DNA from: Patescibacteria group bacterium
GTDB lineage: Bacteria; Patescibacteriota; UBA1384; CAILIB01
DNA: 64,000 nucleotides
Assembly: GCA_041917855.1 (NCBI GenBank)
Contig: JAYRWT010000044.1
Span: 21,563 to 85,562, forward strand
Direction of reading: 5' to 3'
The notes under the pieces: generated by a model
Told to the model about the DNA's origin: nothing
The model's input: the letters and a program-made list of their open reading frames with translations, nothing else
Databases searched by the model: none
Program-made: the position numbers and the translations under genes
In this document: positions 47,327 to 56,364 of the stretch, one piece after another
How the letters are laid out: the number at the start of each line of letters is the position of its first letter
Numbering within the stretch: position 1 is the stretch's first letter

Positions 47327-47707
47327 ATGGCAACCACAAAGAAAACCACAACCAAGAATTCAGAAGCAGCACAAGCAACCGCCGTTATCTCTACCGGTGG
47401 CAAACAGTATGTCGTTACTAACGGCACTTGGTTGCGTGTTGAAAAATTAGAGACAGAAGTAGGCACAAAGCTTACCTTTGAGCCCCTCATGCTTACCGAT
47501 GAAAAGGGTGCGCTTGTAACCGGAGGTCAGGTTACCGCTGAGGTAGTTGATCACGGTAAGGGTACAAAACTGCGTGTATTTACCTACAAGTCAAAAAAGC
47601 GTCAGCGTCGCACCATTGGTCACCGTCAGCAGTACACCACACTTAAGGTTACCGCCATTGGGGGTGCAAAAGCAGCAAAGGCAGCTAAAGTTGAAAGCGC
47701 CGACTAA
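47327..47707 (+). CDS. rplU: 50S ribosomal protein L21
   Basis: TGGKQYVV, VEKL and GHRQQYT. Confidence 0.93.
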   Translation: MATTKKTTTKNSEAAQATAVISTGGKQYVVTNGTWLRVEKLETEVGTKLTFEPLMLTDEKGALVTGGQVTAEVVDHGKGTKLRVFTYKSKKRQRRTIGHRQQYTTLKVTAIGGAKAAKAAKVESAD

Positions 47708-47712
47708 TTCTT

Positions 47713-47895
47713 ATGAACCGCATCATTTCCTACATTAGGGGAGTTGCAACTGAGCTGCGTAAAGTGCAGTGGCCAACTGCTAAAACAGTGGTTCGTTACT
47801 TTGTAAGCGTAGTGCTCGGCATCGCTTTTGCGGCAGCACTTGTCGCTTTACTAGATGTTATCTTTAACCGAGTTCTGGTTTTCCTCATTAAGTAA
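47713..47895 (+). CDS. secE: Preprotein translocase subunit SecE
   Basis: ELRKVQWPT followed by one TM helix; upstream of nusG. Confidence 0.9.
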   Translation: MNRIISYIRGVATELRKVQWPTAKTVVRYFVSVVLGIAFAAALVALLDVIFNRVLVFLIK

Positions 47896-47899
47896 TCGT

Positions 47900-48472
47900 A
47901 TGCCAGAAGAAACACAGCTCCTTCGCCGCTCCAGCGGTAAACAGTCAGGTGAACGCAACTGGTACATTATACACACCTATGCCGGGTATGAGGATCAGGT
48001 TGCTCAAAACCTGCTACAACGTATTGAGTCACTCGATATGAAAGACAAGGTATTCGATGTGCTTGTACCAACCGAAAAGGCAATCGAGATTAAAAACGGT
48101 AAGCGTCGCACAATCGAAAAAAAGATCTTCCCAGGGTACGTTATGGTAGATATGATCGTTACCGACGAATCTTGGTACATTGTACGCAACACCCCAAACG
48201 TTACCGGATTCTTAGGCTTTGGCGTTCGTCCTTCACCTGTTCCTCAGACCGAGGTTGACGCTATCAAAAAGCGTATGGGTCAGGATGAGCCTAAGTATAA
48301 GATTGAACTTTCTAAGGGTGACCTAGTTGAAATTACCGATGGCGCCCTCAAAGGCTTTCAGGCAAAGGTTGAAGACGTTGATTCAGAAAAAGGCAAGGTT
48401 AAGGTATTTGTTTCGATGTTTGGCCGTGAAACTCCCGTTACACTTGATTATCTTCAGTTAAAGCTCGTCTAA
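47900..48472 (+). CDS. nusG: Transcription elongation factor NusG
   Basis: WYIIHTYAGYE, FPGYV, VRNTPNVTGF and MFGRETPV. Confidence 0.95.
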   Translation: MPEETQLLRRSSGKQSGERNWYIIHTYAGYEDQVAQNLLQRIESLDMKDKVFDVLVPTEKAIEIKNGKRRTIEKKIFPGYVMVDMIVTDESWYIVRNTPNVTGFLGFGVRPSPVPQTEVDAIKKRMGQDEPKYKIELSKGDLVEITDGALKGFQAKVEDVDSEKGKVKVFVSMFGRETPVTLDYLQLKLV

Positions 48473-48473
48473 G

Positions 48474-48908
48474 ATGGCAAAAAGCACAAAACCAATTAAG
48501 ACTATTATCAAGCTGCAAGTCCCAGCTGGTAAGGCAAATCCTGCTCCTCCAGTAGGTACTGCTCTTGGTCCCCAGGGCGTAAACATTATGGAGTTCTGCA
48601 CCAAGTTCAACGAGGCTACTCGTGAAATGGGCAACACAATTATTCCAGCACATATCACAATCTACGAAGACCGAACCTTTGACTTTATACTCAAGCAGCC
48701 GCCTGCTTCCGTGCTTATCAAGGAAACTCTTGGCCTAGCTACTGCCTCTAGCAATGCAAAAAAAACTAAAGTGGGTAAGCTCACTCAGGAGCAGCTAACA
48801 AAGATTGCAGAACGAAAGTTCCCAGATCTTTCAGCCCGCGATATGGATGCCGCTAAGCTTGTAATTGCCGGCACTGCCCGTTCCATGGGTGTAGAAGTAG
48901 AAAAGTAG
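48474..48908 (+). CDS. rplK: 50S ribosomal protein L11
   Basis: AGKANPAPPVG..GVNIMEFC and GTARSMG. Confidence 0.96.
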   Translation: MAKSTKPIKTIIKLQVPAGKANPAPPVGTALGPQGVNIMEFCTKFNEATREMGNTIIPAHITIYEDRTFDFILKQPPASVLIKETLGLATASSNAKKTKVGKLTQEQLTKIAERKFPDLSARDMDAAKLVIAGTARSMGVEVEK

Positions 48909-48922
48909 ATAATTTTCTACAC

Positions 48923-48951
48923 AAAAAAGCTCCGAAGTTCGGAGCTTTTTT
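48923..48951. terminator. Bidirectional terminator after rplK
   Basis: AAAAAAGCTCCGAA-G-TTCGGAGCTTTTTT. Confidence 0.85.
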
Positions 48952-48967
48952 GGTTGCTTGCTACAAT

Positions 48968-49082
48968 ACAAAAGACCCTTATATCTATCTACCGAACCGA
49001 CCGGCACAGGGCCGGACCGATCCAAAGGAGGGGCAAAGATCGTTGGCCAGTAGATAGATATAAAGGTCTTAAACGTTCAACA
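48968..49082 (-). ncRNA. Putative ~115-nt small RNA with an anti-SD loop
   Basis: TTGACA-N17-TAGAAC promoter (49116-49088); a 21-bp closing stem, perfect with one G-U on the minus strand, encloses two hairpins. Confidence 0.55.
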
Positions 49083-49158
49083 CATTTGTTCTATCAAATC
49101 AGGTTAAAACTGTCAATACTTTCTGATTTGCACAAATTATGCAAAGGTATGAAAGAGT

Positions 49159-51063
49159 ATGATAACACCTCACTACGCCGATCTTGTTAGAATGCTCCGC
49201 ACGGGCGGATACCGCGAAGCCACCGACATTATCCAGTCGGGGGATATGCTCGTGCAGGGTGACATAATCACCCTTTGGCCTGCTGCTGCTGTGCAACCAA
49301 TTCGCTTACATTACTTTGGCGATGACCTCGAGCGTTGGGATGTTCGACTTGCGGACGGTAGTTGGCAGCAGCAGACGGCGGAACTGCCAGAGATAGTGCC
49401 TAATGCCCTAGAGACTGAGCACGGTAAGATCTATCCTGGTGAGTATGTAGTGCATCCATTTCACGGCGTTGGCATCTTTCAGAGCATTATTACCCAAGAT
49501 AGTGTAGACGGTGCTGCTGTTACCTATATAGCGCTAGAGTATGCAGGCAACGATCGCTTGCTAGTACCTCACGATAGGCAGGCTGAGCTAATGCCATATA
49601 TAGGAAGCCGTCAACCACGACTTACTAGGCTCTATTCAAAAGCCTGGCAGAATACTAAGGAGCGCGTGCAGCGTGACCTCATTCGTGTTGCTAGAGGCTT
49701 GCTTAAAATTTATGCGGCACGCCAGCTACATGCACGCCAGCCTTACGCATTAGATACTGATATTGTAGATCGCCTGGCCGATAATGCTGGGTTTGATTTA
49801 ACAGACGATCAGGCAAGAGCCGTTAAAGAAATTACCCATGATTTGACCATAGGAGAGCAGCCAATGGACCGCCTGCTTTGCGGAGATGTTGGTTTTGGTA
49901 AAACCGAGGTTGCCCTGCGAGCTGCGGCACTGGTCGTTGCTTCAGGAAAACAGGTTGCCTTTATTGCTCCCACCACGGTGCTGGCCGAACAACACTTTAG
50001 TATGCTTAGCAACCGCTTCGTTGATTTACCGGTCAAGATTGCCCATATGAGCCGGTTGACCAAATCAACCGATGCGCAGACCCTCAAGGCTGTGACGGAA
50101 GGCGCGGTTGACATTTTAGTCGGCACTCACCGGGTGCTTGGGGGAGATATTCAGTGGAAGAATCTTGGATTATTGATTATTGATGAAGAACAAAAGTTCG
50201 GTGTCTCACAAAAGGAGCACCTCAAGAATCTGCGGCCAGTTATTGATGTGCTTTCACTCTCCGCAACTCCTATCCCGCGCACACTTTCCATGAGTCTTTC
50301 AGGCCTACGTGGCTTGAGTATACTCAGAACTCCACCTCACGGTCGCCTACCTATTACTACTTTAGTAGAGGAGTATAGCAATGGATTACTGCAGCAAGCC
50401 TTGCAGACTGAGCTAGAGCGCGGCGGCACTGTCTATGTAGTGCATAATCGTGTGCAGAGCTTGCCGCTTGTTCGCGACAGAGTAGAGCAGCTATTGGCTC
50501 AACTAAAGTTGGATGTTCCCGTAGCTATGGCACACGGCCAAATGGGAGAGGTAGAGCTAGCGCGAGCAGTATCTGGATTTATGCAGGGGAAAGTGAGGGT
50601 ACTGGTGGCGTCTAGCATTGTTGAGCATGGTTTGGATAGTCCTCTGGCTAATACGCTGGTTGTCTTGCATAGTGAGAGGTTTGGCTTGTCTGATCTGTAT
50701 CAGCTGCGTGGACGTGTTGGGCGGCGATCAACTCAAGCATACGCTTACTTTATGCTTGGCGGCGTGCTCCACGAGCCCTACACCATTCTAGATGAGCAAG
50801 GGAATGAGATCAGCGGTATCAGTCTGAGTAAAACCGCCAGAATGCGTCTGAATGCCTTACAAGAGGCAGATCAGTTAGGTAGTGGTTGGAGTATTGCAGT
50901 ACGAGACCTGGAGATTAGAGGTGGTGGCAATGTGCTCGGTAATGAGCAGCACGGAAATATGGAGGCCATAGGACTACTTCTGTATGGACAGCTCTTACAA
51001 GAAGAAATTGGTCGCCAGGCTAAGCTGGCAGGTATTACTCTCTTCCAACGTTCCGCAACGTAG
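49159..51063 (+). CDS. mfd: Transcription-repair coupling factor, short form
   Basis: [12 protein letters not shown] domain, [35 protein letters not shown] and DLEIRGGG. Confidence 0.88.
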   Translation: MITPHYADLVRMLRTGGYREATDIIQSGDMLVQGDIITLWPAAAVQPIRLHYFGDDLERWDVRLADGSWQQQTAELPEIVPNALETEHGKIYPGEYVVHPFHGVGIFQSIITQDSVDGAAVTYIALEYAGNDRLLVPHDRQAELMPYIGSRQPRLTRLYSKAWQNTKERVQRDLIRVARGLLKIYAARQLHARQPYALDTDIVDRLADNAGFDLTDDQARAVKEITHDLTIGEQPMDRLLCGDVGFGKTEVALRAAALVVASGKQVAFIAPTTVLAEQHFSMLSNRFVDLPVKIAHMSRLTKSTDAQTLKAVTEGAVDILVGTHRVLGGDIQWKNLGLLIIDEEQKFGVSQKEHLKNLRPVIDVLSLSATPIPRTLSMSLSGLRGLSILRTPPHGRLPITTLVEEYSNGLLQQALQTELERGGTVYVVHNRVQSLPLVRDRVEQLLAQLKLDVPVAMAHGQMGEVELARAVSGFMQGKVRVLVASSIVEHGLDSPLANTLVVLHSERFGLSDLYQLRGRVGRRSTQAYAYFMLGGVLHEPYTILDEQGNEISGISLSKTARMRLNALQEADQLGSGWSIAVRDLEIRGGGNVLGNEQHGNMEAIGLLLYGQLLQEEIGRQAKLAGITLFQRSAT

Positions 51064-51104
51064 AATAGGTTTTCGCTTACCCTGCGTCAGCGTATTGTTG
51101 GGGC

Positions 51105-51950
51105 ATGCGTGTTCTTAATAAAGAAGAGTTTCCCAGCCTACTGGCGCAGGCAGGCTTAGGCTACACACAGCTGTGGTTGAAAGGCCAGGAGGCTGTTCTT
51201 CACAAAACATGCATAAGCATTGTTGGTACCAGGCGTTGCACTGCTTACGGTAGGGCAGTAGTAGACTTACTCGTGCCAGGGCTTGTTAGGGCTGGCCTCA
51301 GTATTGTTTCTGGCCTTGCACTAGGTATCGATGCCTATGTTCATCGCTCTGCCCTGCAAGTTGGGGGTGGCTGTATTGCGGTACTAGGATCAGGGTTGCA
51401 GGCCGTATATCCTGCAACAAACCGGCTACTCGCTCAGCAAATAGCCGAGAACGGCTTGTTACTCTCAGCTTACGCACCAAGCGTTACAGCTCGCCCCTAC
51501 CATTTTCCAGAGCGCAACCGAATAATCGCTGCGCTTAGCCTGGTAACTCTGGTAATTGAGGCACGAGAAGATTCAGGAAGTTTGATCACAGCACGTGCAG
51601 CAATTAGTATGAATCGGGAGGTTGCAGCAATACCTGCAGATATAACCAGAGACACGGCCTTGGGCTGTATTCAATTACTACAGCAAGGGGCAAAACCAGT
51701 TGCTAGCGTTTCCGATATTCTCCAGCTGTACCAGCAAAGTTTACCAATACAGCTAGTAACAGAGATAAAGCCCGCCTTGACAGGTACAATGGGTACTCTG
51801 TATGCTACGATCTCGAACGGAGCTCATCGTGTTGATGAAATGTTACGCCTTACCGGGTTACCTCTCATTACCGCGCAGAACGCCCTTACACTATTAGAAA
51901 TAGAAGGATATATATGCCAAAGGCAGCAGGAGTGGCACGTAATCTCGTAA
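51105..51950 (+). CDS. dprA: DNA-processing protein DprA
   Basis: IVGTR, IVSGLALGID, FPERNRIIAALS and SGSLITA. Confidence 0.92.
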   Translation: MRVLNKEEFPSLLAQAGLGYTQLWLKGQEAVLHKTCISIVGTRRCTAYGRAVVDLLVPGLVRAGLSIVSGLALGIDAYVHRSALQVGGGCIAVLGSGLQAVYPATNRLLAQQIAENGLLLSAYAPSVTARPYHFPERNRIIAALSLVTLVIEAREDSGSLITARAAISMNREVAAIPADITRDTALGCIQLLQQGAKPVASVSDILQLYQQSLPIQLVTEIKPALTGTMGTLYATISNGAHRVDEMLRLTGLPLITAQNALTLLEIEGYICQRQQEWHVIS

Positions 51951-53968
51951 TTGTGGAGTCACCAGCAAAGGCCGGTACTATTAGTAAGTACCTGGGGCCA
52001 GATTTTGATGTAATTGCAAGTATGGGGCACATACGTGATCTGCCTTCCTCAAAGCTAGGTGTAGATGTTGCCGAGCAGTTTACTCCGCAGTACGTTATAC
52101 CACCTAAGGCGCGTACCACCATTAAGAAACTTAAGGAAGCGGTAAAGAATAAAGATGTCGTGTATCTTGCAACAGACTTGGACCGTGAGGGAGAAGCCAT
52201 TTCGTGGCACCTTGCGCAGGCGCTAGACCTAGGCAGCAACCCAAAACTGCAAGTGTTTCGGATTACCTTTGACGAAATTACTAAAACAGCAGTTACGGCA
52301 GCCATTGCTAGCCCGCGCGACATTAACACGGCACTGGTAGACGCGCAGCAGGCAAGGCGAGTGCTTGACCGTCTAGTTGGGTATACCCTCTCTCCAGTTC
52401 TCTGGAAAAAGGTATACAAAGGCTTATCAGCAGGTCGTGTGCAATCTGTTGCGCTCAAGCTTATCGTTGACCGCGAAGCCGAGCGTAATGCTTTTCAACC
52501 AGTAGAGTACTGGTCAATTGCTGCAGATCTCATACATAACAGCGCTGAATTTGAGGCAAAACTTGTTGAATACAACGCTAAAAAGATTGAGCAACTGACT
52601 ATTTCCGGTGGAGAGGAAGCGCAGTCAATCAAGGCAGATCTGGAAAAGGCAGTGTACACTGTTTCGAATGTAGAGAAAAAGCCACTAAAACGCCGCCCAA
52701 GCGCCCCGTATACAACCTCAAGTTTCCAGCAAGATGCGGTAAATAGGCTTGGGATATCATCAAAAAATGCTATGCGATCTGCTCAGCAGCTCTACGAAGC
52801 CGGTTTGATTACCTACATGCGTACCGATTCAGTAGATCTTGCCGTAGAGGCTGTTCAGGCCATTCGCTCCTATGTACAGACTGAATTTGGGGCTAACTAC
52901 ATCCCAGCATCACCAAATCGTTACCAAACTAAGAACAAGCAAGCACAAGAAGCGCACGAGGCAATTCGTCCAACCGATCCAACGCGTAGCGCAGAGAGCC
53001 TTGGTTTAGATGGGCAAACCCAAAAGGTATACGACCTAATTCGTCGGCGCGCCCTGGCTAGTCAGATGGCTGAAGCCGAGCTTGAGCAAACCCAGGTTAC
53101 TATTACAGCGGGCAAGGGTGTTTTTCGTGCCACTGGTCAGCGCATTGTCTTCCCAGGTTTCTTAGCCGTTAACCAAAAAGATACGGACGACGAGCAGAAG
53201 CTCCCTGCTTTGGCCGCAAACGATGCACTCACCCTACACCAGCTCAAAGCTGACCAGCACTTTACCGAGCCGCCACCGCGCTTCACAGAAGCTACCTTAA
53301 TTAAGGCTCTAGAAGAAAACGGTATTGGTAGGCCTTCAACCTATGCGCCAACCATCGATACGTTGGTGCAGCGCAAGTATGTACTCTTAGAGCAGCGTCG
53401 TTTTGCTCCAGAAGAAGTGGGGGTAATCGTCACAAATCTTTTGGCTGAGCACTTCCCAGATATTGTAGACGTTACATTCACCGCTTCTATGGAAGAAAAG
53501 CTCGATAAAATTGCCGATGGCGATGCGAGCTATGTGGGGGTACTCAAAGACTTCTGGGCACCTTTTAAGCAAAATGTTGATCAAAAGACAGAATCTATCG
53601 CCAAGGTAGACATGACAGAAGAGACAGATAAAGTCTGTCCAAACTGCTCATCGCCAATGATCATTAAAACCGGCAGATTTGGTAAGTTCTTGGCCTGCTC
53701 AAACTTCCCAGAGTGTAAAACCACACAGCCGATTCAGGAAGCTAAACCAACCGGTATGATCTGCCCACGTGATGGTAAGCCCTTAATCTGGAAGCGCGCA
53801 CGCAAGGGTCAGTTCCTGGGCTGTAGCGGCTACCCAGATTGCAAATTTGCCCTCTGGAAACCAGAGCAGCTTGCTGCCAAGATAGCTGACCTAGAAAAAG
53901 AAGGGGAGACTTTGCCGCATAAGCAGGCAGCTCTAGACGCACTCGCCCCATTGCCAAAAACCAAGTAG
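51914..53968 (+). CDS. topA: DNA topoisomerase I
   Basis: IVESPAKA, ATDLDREGE, SAGRVQS, ITYMRTDS, GIGRPST and C-terminal Zn ribbons. Confidence 0.96.
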   Translation: MPKAAGVARNLVIVESPAKAGTISKYLGPDFDVIASMGHIRDLPSSKLGVDVAEQFTPQYVIPPKARTTIKKLKEAVKNKDVVYLATDLDREGEAISWHLAQALDLGSNPKLQVFRITFDEITKTAVTAAIASPRDINTALVDAQQARRVLDRLVGYTLSPVLWKKVYKGLSAGRVQSVALKLIVDREAERNAFQPVEYWSIAADLIHNSAEFEAKLVEYNAKKIEQLTISGGEEAQSIKADLEKAVYTVSNVEKKPLKRRPSAPYTTSSFQQDAVNRLGISSKNAMRSAQQLYEAGLITYMRTDSVDLAVEAVQAIRSYVQTEFGANYIPASPNRYQTKNKQAQEAHEAIRPTDPTRSAESLGLDGQTQKVYDLIRRRALASQMAEAELEQTQVTITAGKGVFRATGQRIVFPGFLAVNQKDTDDEQKLPALAANDALTLHQLKADQHFTEPPPRFTEATLIKALEENGIGRPSTYAPTIDTLVQRKYVLLEQRRFAPEEVGVIVTNLLAEHFPDIVDVTFTASMEEKLDKIADGDASYVGVLKDFWAPFKQNVDQKTESIAKVDMTEETDKVCPNCSSPMIIKTGRFGKFLACSNFPECKTTQPIQEAKPTGMICPRDGKPLIWKRARKGQFLGCSGYPDCKFALWKPEQLAAKIADLEKEGETLPHKQAALDALAPLPKTK

Positions 53969-53977
53969 GCTAGAGCT

Positions 53978-54604
53978 ATGTCTGCTCGCCTACCTGAACC
54001 TGTCCAAAACCTAATCGATGCCTTTGGGCGTCAGCCAGGCATTGGTCCCAAAATGGCTGCCAGGCTTACCTTTAACCTGTTGCAGCGCAGTGACCAAGAG
54101 GTTACCAGGTTTATTCATGCGCTAGAAGGTATTACATCAGGTCTGCAATCATGCGAGCAGTGTGGCAATATCTCCGAGAAGTCACTTTGTGTAATTTGTC
54201 GTGAATCTGGTAGGTCTGAAGGGCAAATCTGTGTTGTAGAAGGCCCACTAGACGTTATTGCAATCGAGAAAACCAATCTATTCCACGGATTATACCTAGT
54301 TTTAGGGGGTGCACTTTCACCAATCGATGGCATTGGACCAGACCAGCTCCGTATGCGTCTATTGCAAAGCAGAGTGCAAAAGCGCCTAGATGCGGGCGAA
54401 ATTACCGAATTAATCTTGGCAACTAACCCGTCTCTAGAAGGTGAAGCCACGGCTAGCTACATTGTGCAGCTATTTACTAAAGCGACAGAAGAAAAGAAGG
54501 TAAGTATTACCAGAATCGCGCGTGGGTTGCCGATGGGTAGCGATATTGAGTATGCTGATCCTACGACCCTAGCTCGCGCGCTTGAAGGTCGCAGTAGTTT
54601 CTAA
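53978..54604 (+). CDS. recR: Recombination protein RecR
   Basis: PGIGPKMAAR, C4 Zn finger, ILATNPSLEGEATA and RIARGLPMG. Confidence 0.95.
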   Translation: MSARLPEPVQNLIDAFGRQPGIGPKMAARLTFNLLQRSDQEVTRFIHALEGITSGLQSCEQCGNISEKSLCVICRESGRSEGQICVVEGPLDVIAIEKTNLFHGLYLVLGGALSPIDGIGPDQLRMRLLQSRVQKRLDAGEITELILATNPSLEGEATASYIVQLFTKATEEKKVSITRIARGLPMGSDIEYADPTTLARALEGRSSF

Positions 54605-54618
54605 TCTATAGCAAGACT

Positions 54619-54921
54619 ATGCCAGTAGCCACCCACATTCCGGGACAAGACGAAGAACTCGACCCAGTAGAGGCCATTGATGAACATGATGATGAATCTG
54701 CAGATGAAGAAAGTATGGGGGTGCACATTACGGACCCTGAGCATCCCGAAGCAGCTCCAGCCGAGGAAGGTCTCGACAAGATAATTGCAGCTATTGAGGT
54801 GCCGGTGGCAGAAGATGGTCATGATGATCTAGCGGCTGTCCCCAAAAAAGCACAGGTTTCAGACGAGCTGATTAAAAGGGAGCTGACCATTGACGATTTA
54901 CAGGATAGCGATCGAATCTAA
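54619..54921 (+). CDS. Highly acidic hypothetical protein
   Basis: 100-aa Asp/Glu-rich ORF filling the recR-cysS gap. Confidence 0.55.
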   Translation: MPVATHIPGQDEELDPVEAIDEHDDESADEESMGVHITDPEHPEAAPAEEGLDKIIAAIEVPVAEDGHDDLAAVPKKAQVSDELIKRELTIDDLQDSDRI

Positions 54922-56293
54922 TACCTTGCTGTACGACACCTTAACCCGATCACTTGTTGCGTTGAAGCCCCAGGAAGCTGGGGCTATTCGTATATACACC
55001 TGTGGACCAACTGTTTATAACGATCAACACATAGGGAACTACCGAACATTTATTTTTGAAGATGTGCTGGTAAAAACCTTGGAGCAAGCTGGCTACGAGG
55101 TTACCCGAGTGATGAACATTACCGATGTCGGCCACCTAGTAGGAGATGGCGATGATGGAGAAGATAAGCTGGAGGTTGGCGCTCGTCGTGAGGGCAATAC
55201 AGCTTGGGAGGTAGCAAAGCGCTACGAAGAGCGCTTTCTGGCAGATATGGCTGAGCTTCACCTGCAACAGCCAACACTGTTAGTACGGGCAACAGAAGCA
55301 ATCGAGGCTCAGATTTCTATGGTAAAAAGCCTGGAAGAAAAAGGGCTCACCTATACTACGAGTGACGGGGTTTACTTTGATAGCGCCAAGCTACCAGATT
55401 ACGGGAAGCTAGCCCAGCTCGATATAGCCGGCTTACAGGCTGGTGCGCGCGTTGAAGTAGGGGAGAAGCGCTCGGCAACTGATTTTGCCCTCTGGAAGTT
55501 TTCACCAACAGATCACCAGCGTGATATGGAATGGGACAGTCCCTGGGGTACGGGCTTTCCAGGGTGGCATATTGAGTGCTCAGCCATTATTAAAGAGAAC
55601 TTAGGTGACAGCATAGACATTCACTGTGGGGGAGTAGATCACATTCCGGTACACCACACCAACGAAATTGCTCAGAGTGAATCTGTGACTGGTCAGCCCT
55701 TGGCCCAAATTTGGATGCATGCCGAATTTTTACTGGTTGATGGTGGCAAAATGGCTAAGTCTGAAGGAAATGTGTACACCTTAGCTGATCTAAAAGAAAA
55801 AGGGTTCGATCCGCTTGCGCTGCGTATGCTCACCTATACTGCCCACTACCGTAGCAAGCTCAATTTTACCTGGGATGGGCTCACCGCCGCTCAAAAAAGC
55901 CTGGATAAGCTGCGTAGAACGTTTCATGCAGCACTGGAAGCTGATGAAACCGATGCAGTACGTGGCTACCAGGAAAGGTTTCAGCAGCAGCTTTTAGATG
56001 ATCTAAATACGCCCCGTGCTCTCGCCGTGCTCTGGGAAGCGCTGGATTCTCTGCAAACCCCAGAGGAAAAGCGTGCCTTCCTGGAATATATTGATGTAGT
56101 ATTGTCGCTTGATTTAGCCCATGTAGTGCTGCAGCAAGAGATTCCTGCCGGGGTGCAACAGTTAGTAACAGAGCGTGATGCCGCCCGGGCCAGTAGGGAC
56201 TGGGCAGTCAGCGATGCACTACGAACTCAGCTAGAAAACCAAGGGTATACAGTGCAAGACACACCTGAAGGAACTGTTATTGAAAAGATATAA
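54890..56293 (+). CDS. cysS: Cysteine-tRNA ligase
   Basis: YTCGPTVY, HIGN, PGWHIECS, HHTNEIAQ and KMAKS; exact start uncertain. Confidence 0.95.
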   Translation: MTIYRIAIESNTLLYDTLTRSLVALKPQEAGAIRIYTCGPTVYNDQHIGNYRTFIFEDVLVKTLEQAGYEVTRVMNITDVGHLVGDGDDGEDKLEVGARREGNTAWEVAKRYEERFLADMAELHLQQPTLLVRATEAIEAQISMVKSLEEKGLTYTTSDGVYFDSAKLPDYGKLAQLDIAGLQAGARVEVGEKRSATDFALWKFSPTDHQRDMEWDSPWGTGFPGWHIECSAIIKENLGDSIDIHCGGVDHIPVHHTNEIAQSESVTGQPLAQIWMHAEFLLVDGGKMAKSEGNVYTLADLKEKGFDPLALRMLTYTAHYRSKLNFTWDGLTAAQKSLDKLRRTFHAALEADETDAVRGYQERFQQQLLDDLNTPRALAVLWEALDSLQTPEEKRAFLEYIDVVLSLDLAHVVLQQEIPAGVQQLVTERDAARASRDWAVSDALRTQLENQGYTVQDTPEGTVIEKI

Positions 56294-56329
56294 AATCATA
56301 AACCAATGCTGATTAAAGGGCTCTAGTAC

Positions 56330-56358
56330 TTGACAAGAGCTCTTTTTTGTTCTATAGT
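56330..56358 (+). promoter_or_regulatory. Sigma70 promoter
   Basis: TTGACA-N17-TATAGT. Confidence 0.75.
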
Positions 56359-56364
56359 CCTTTC

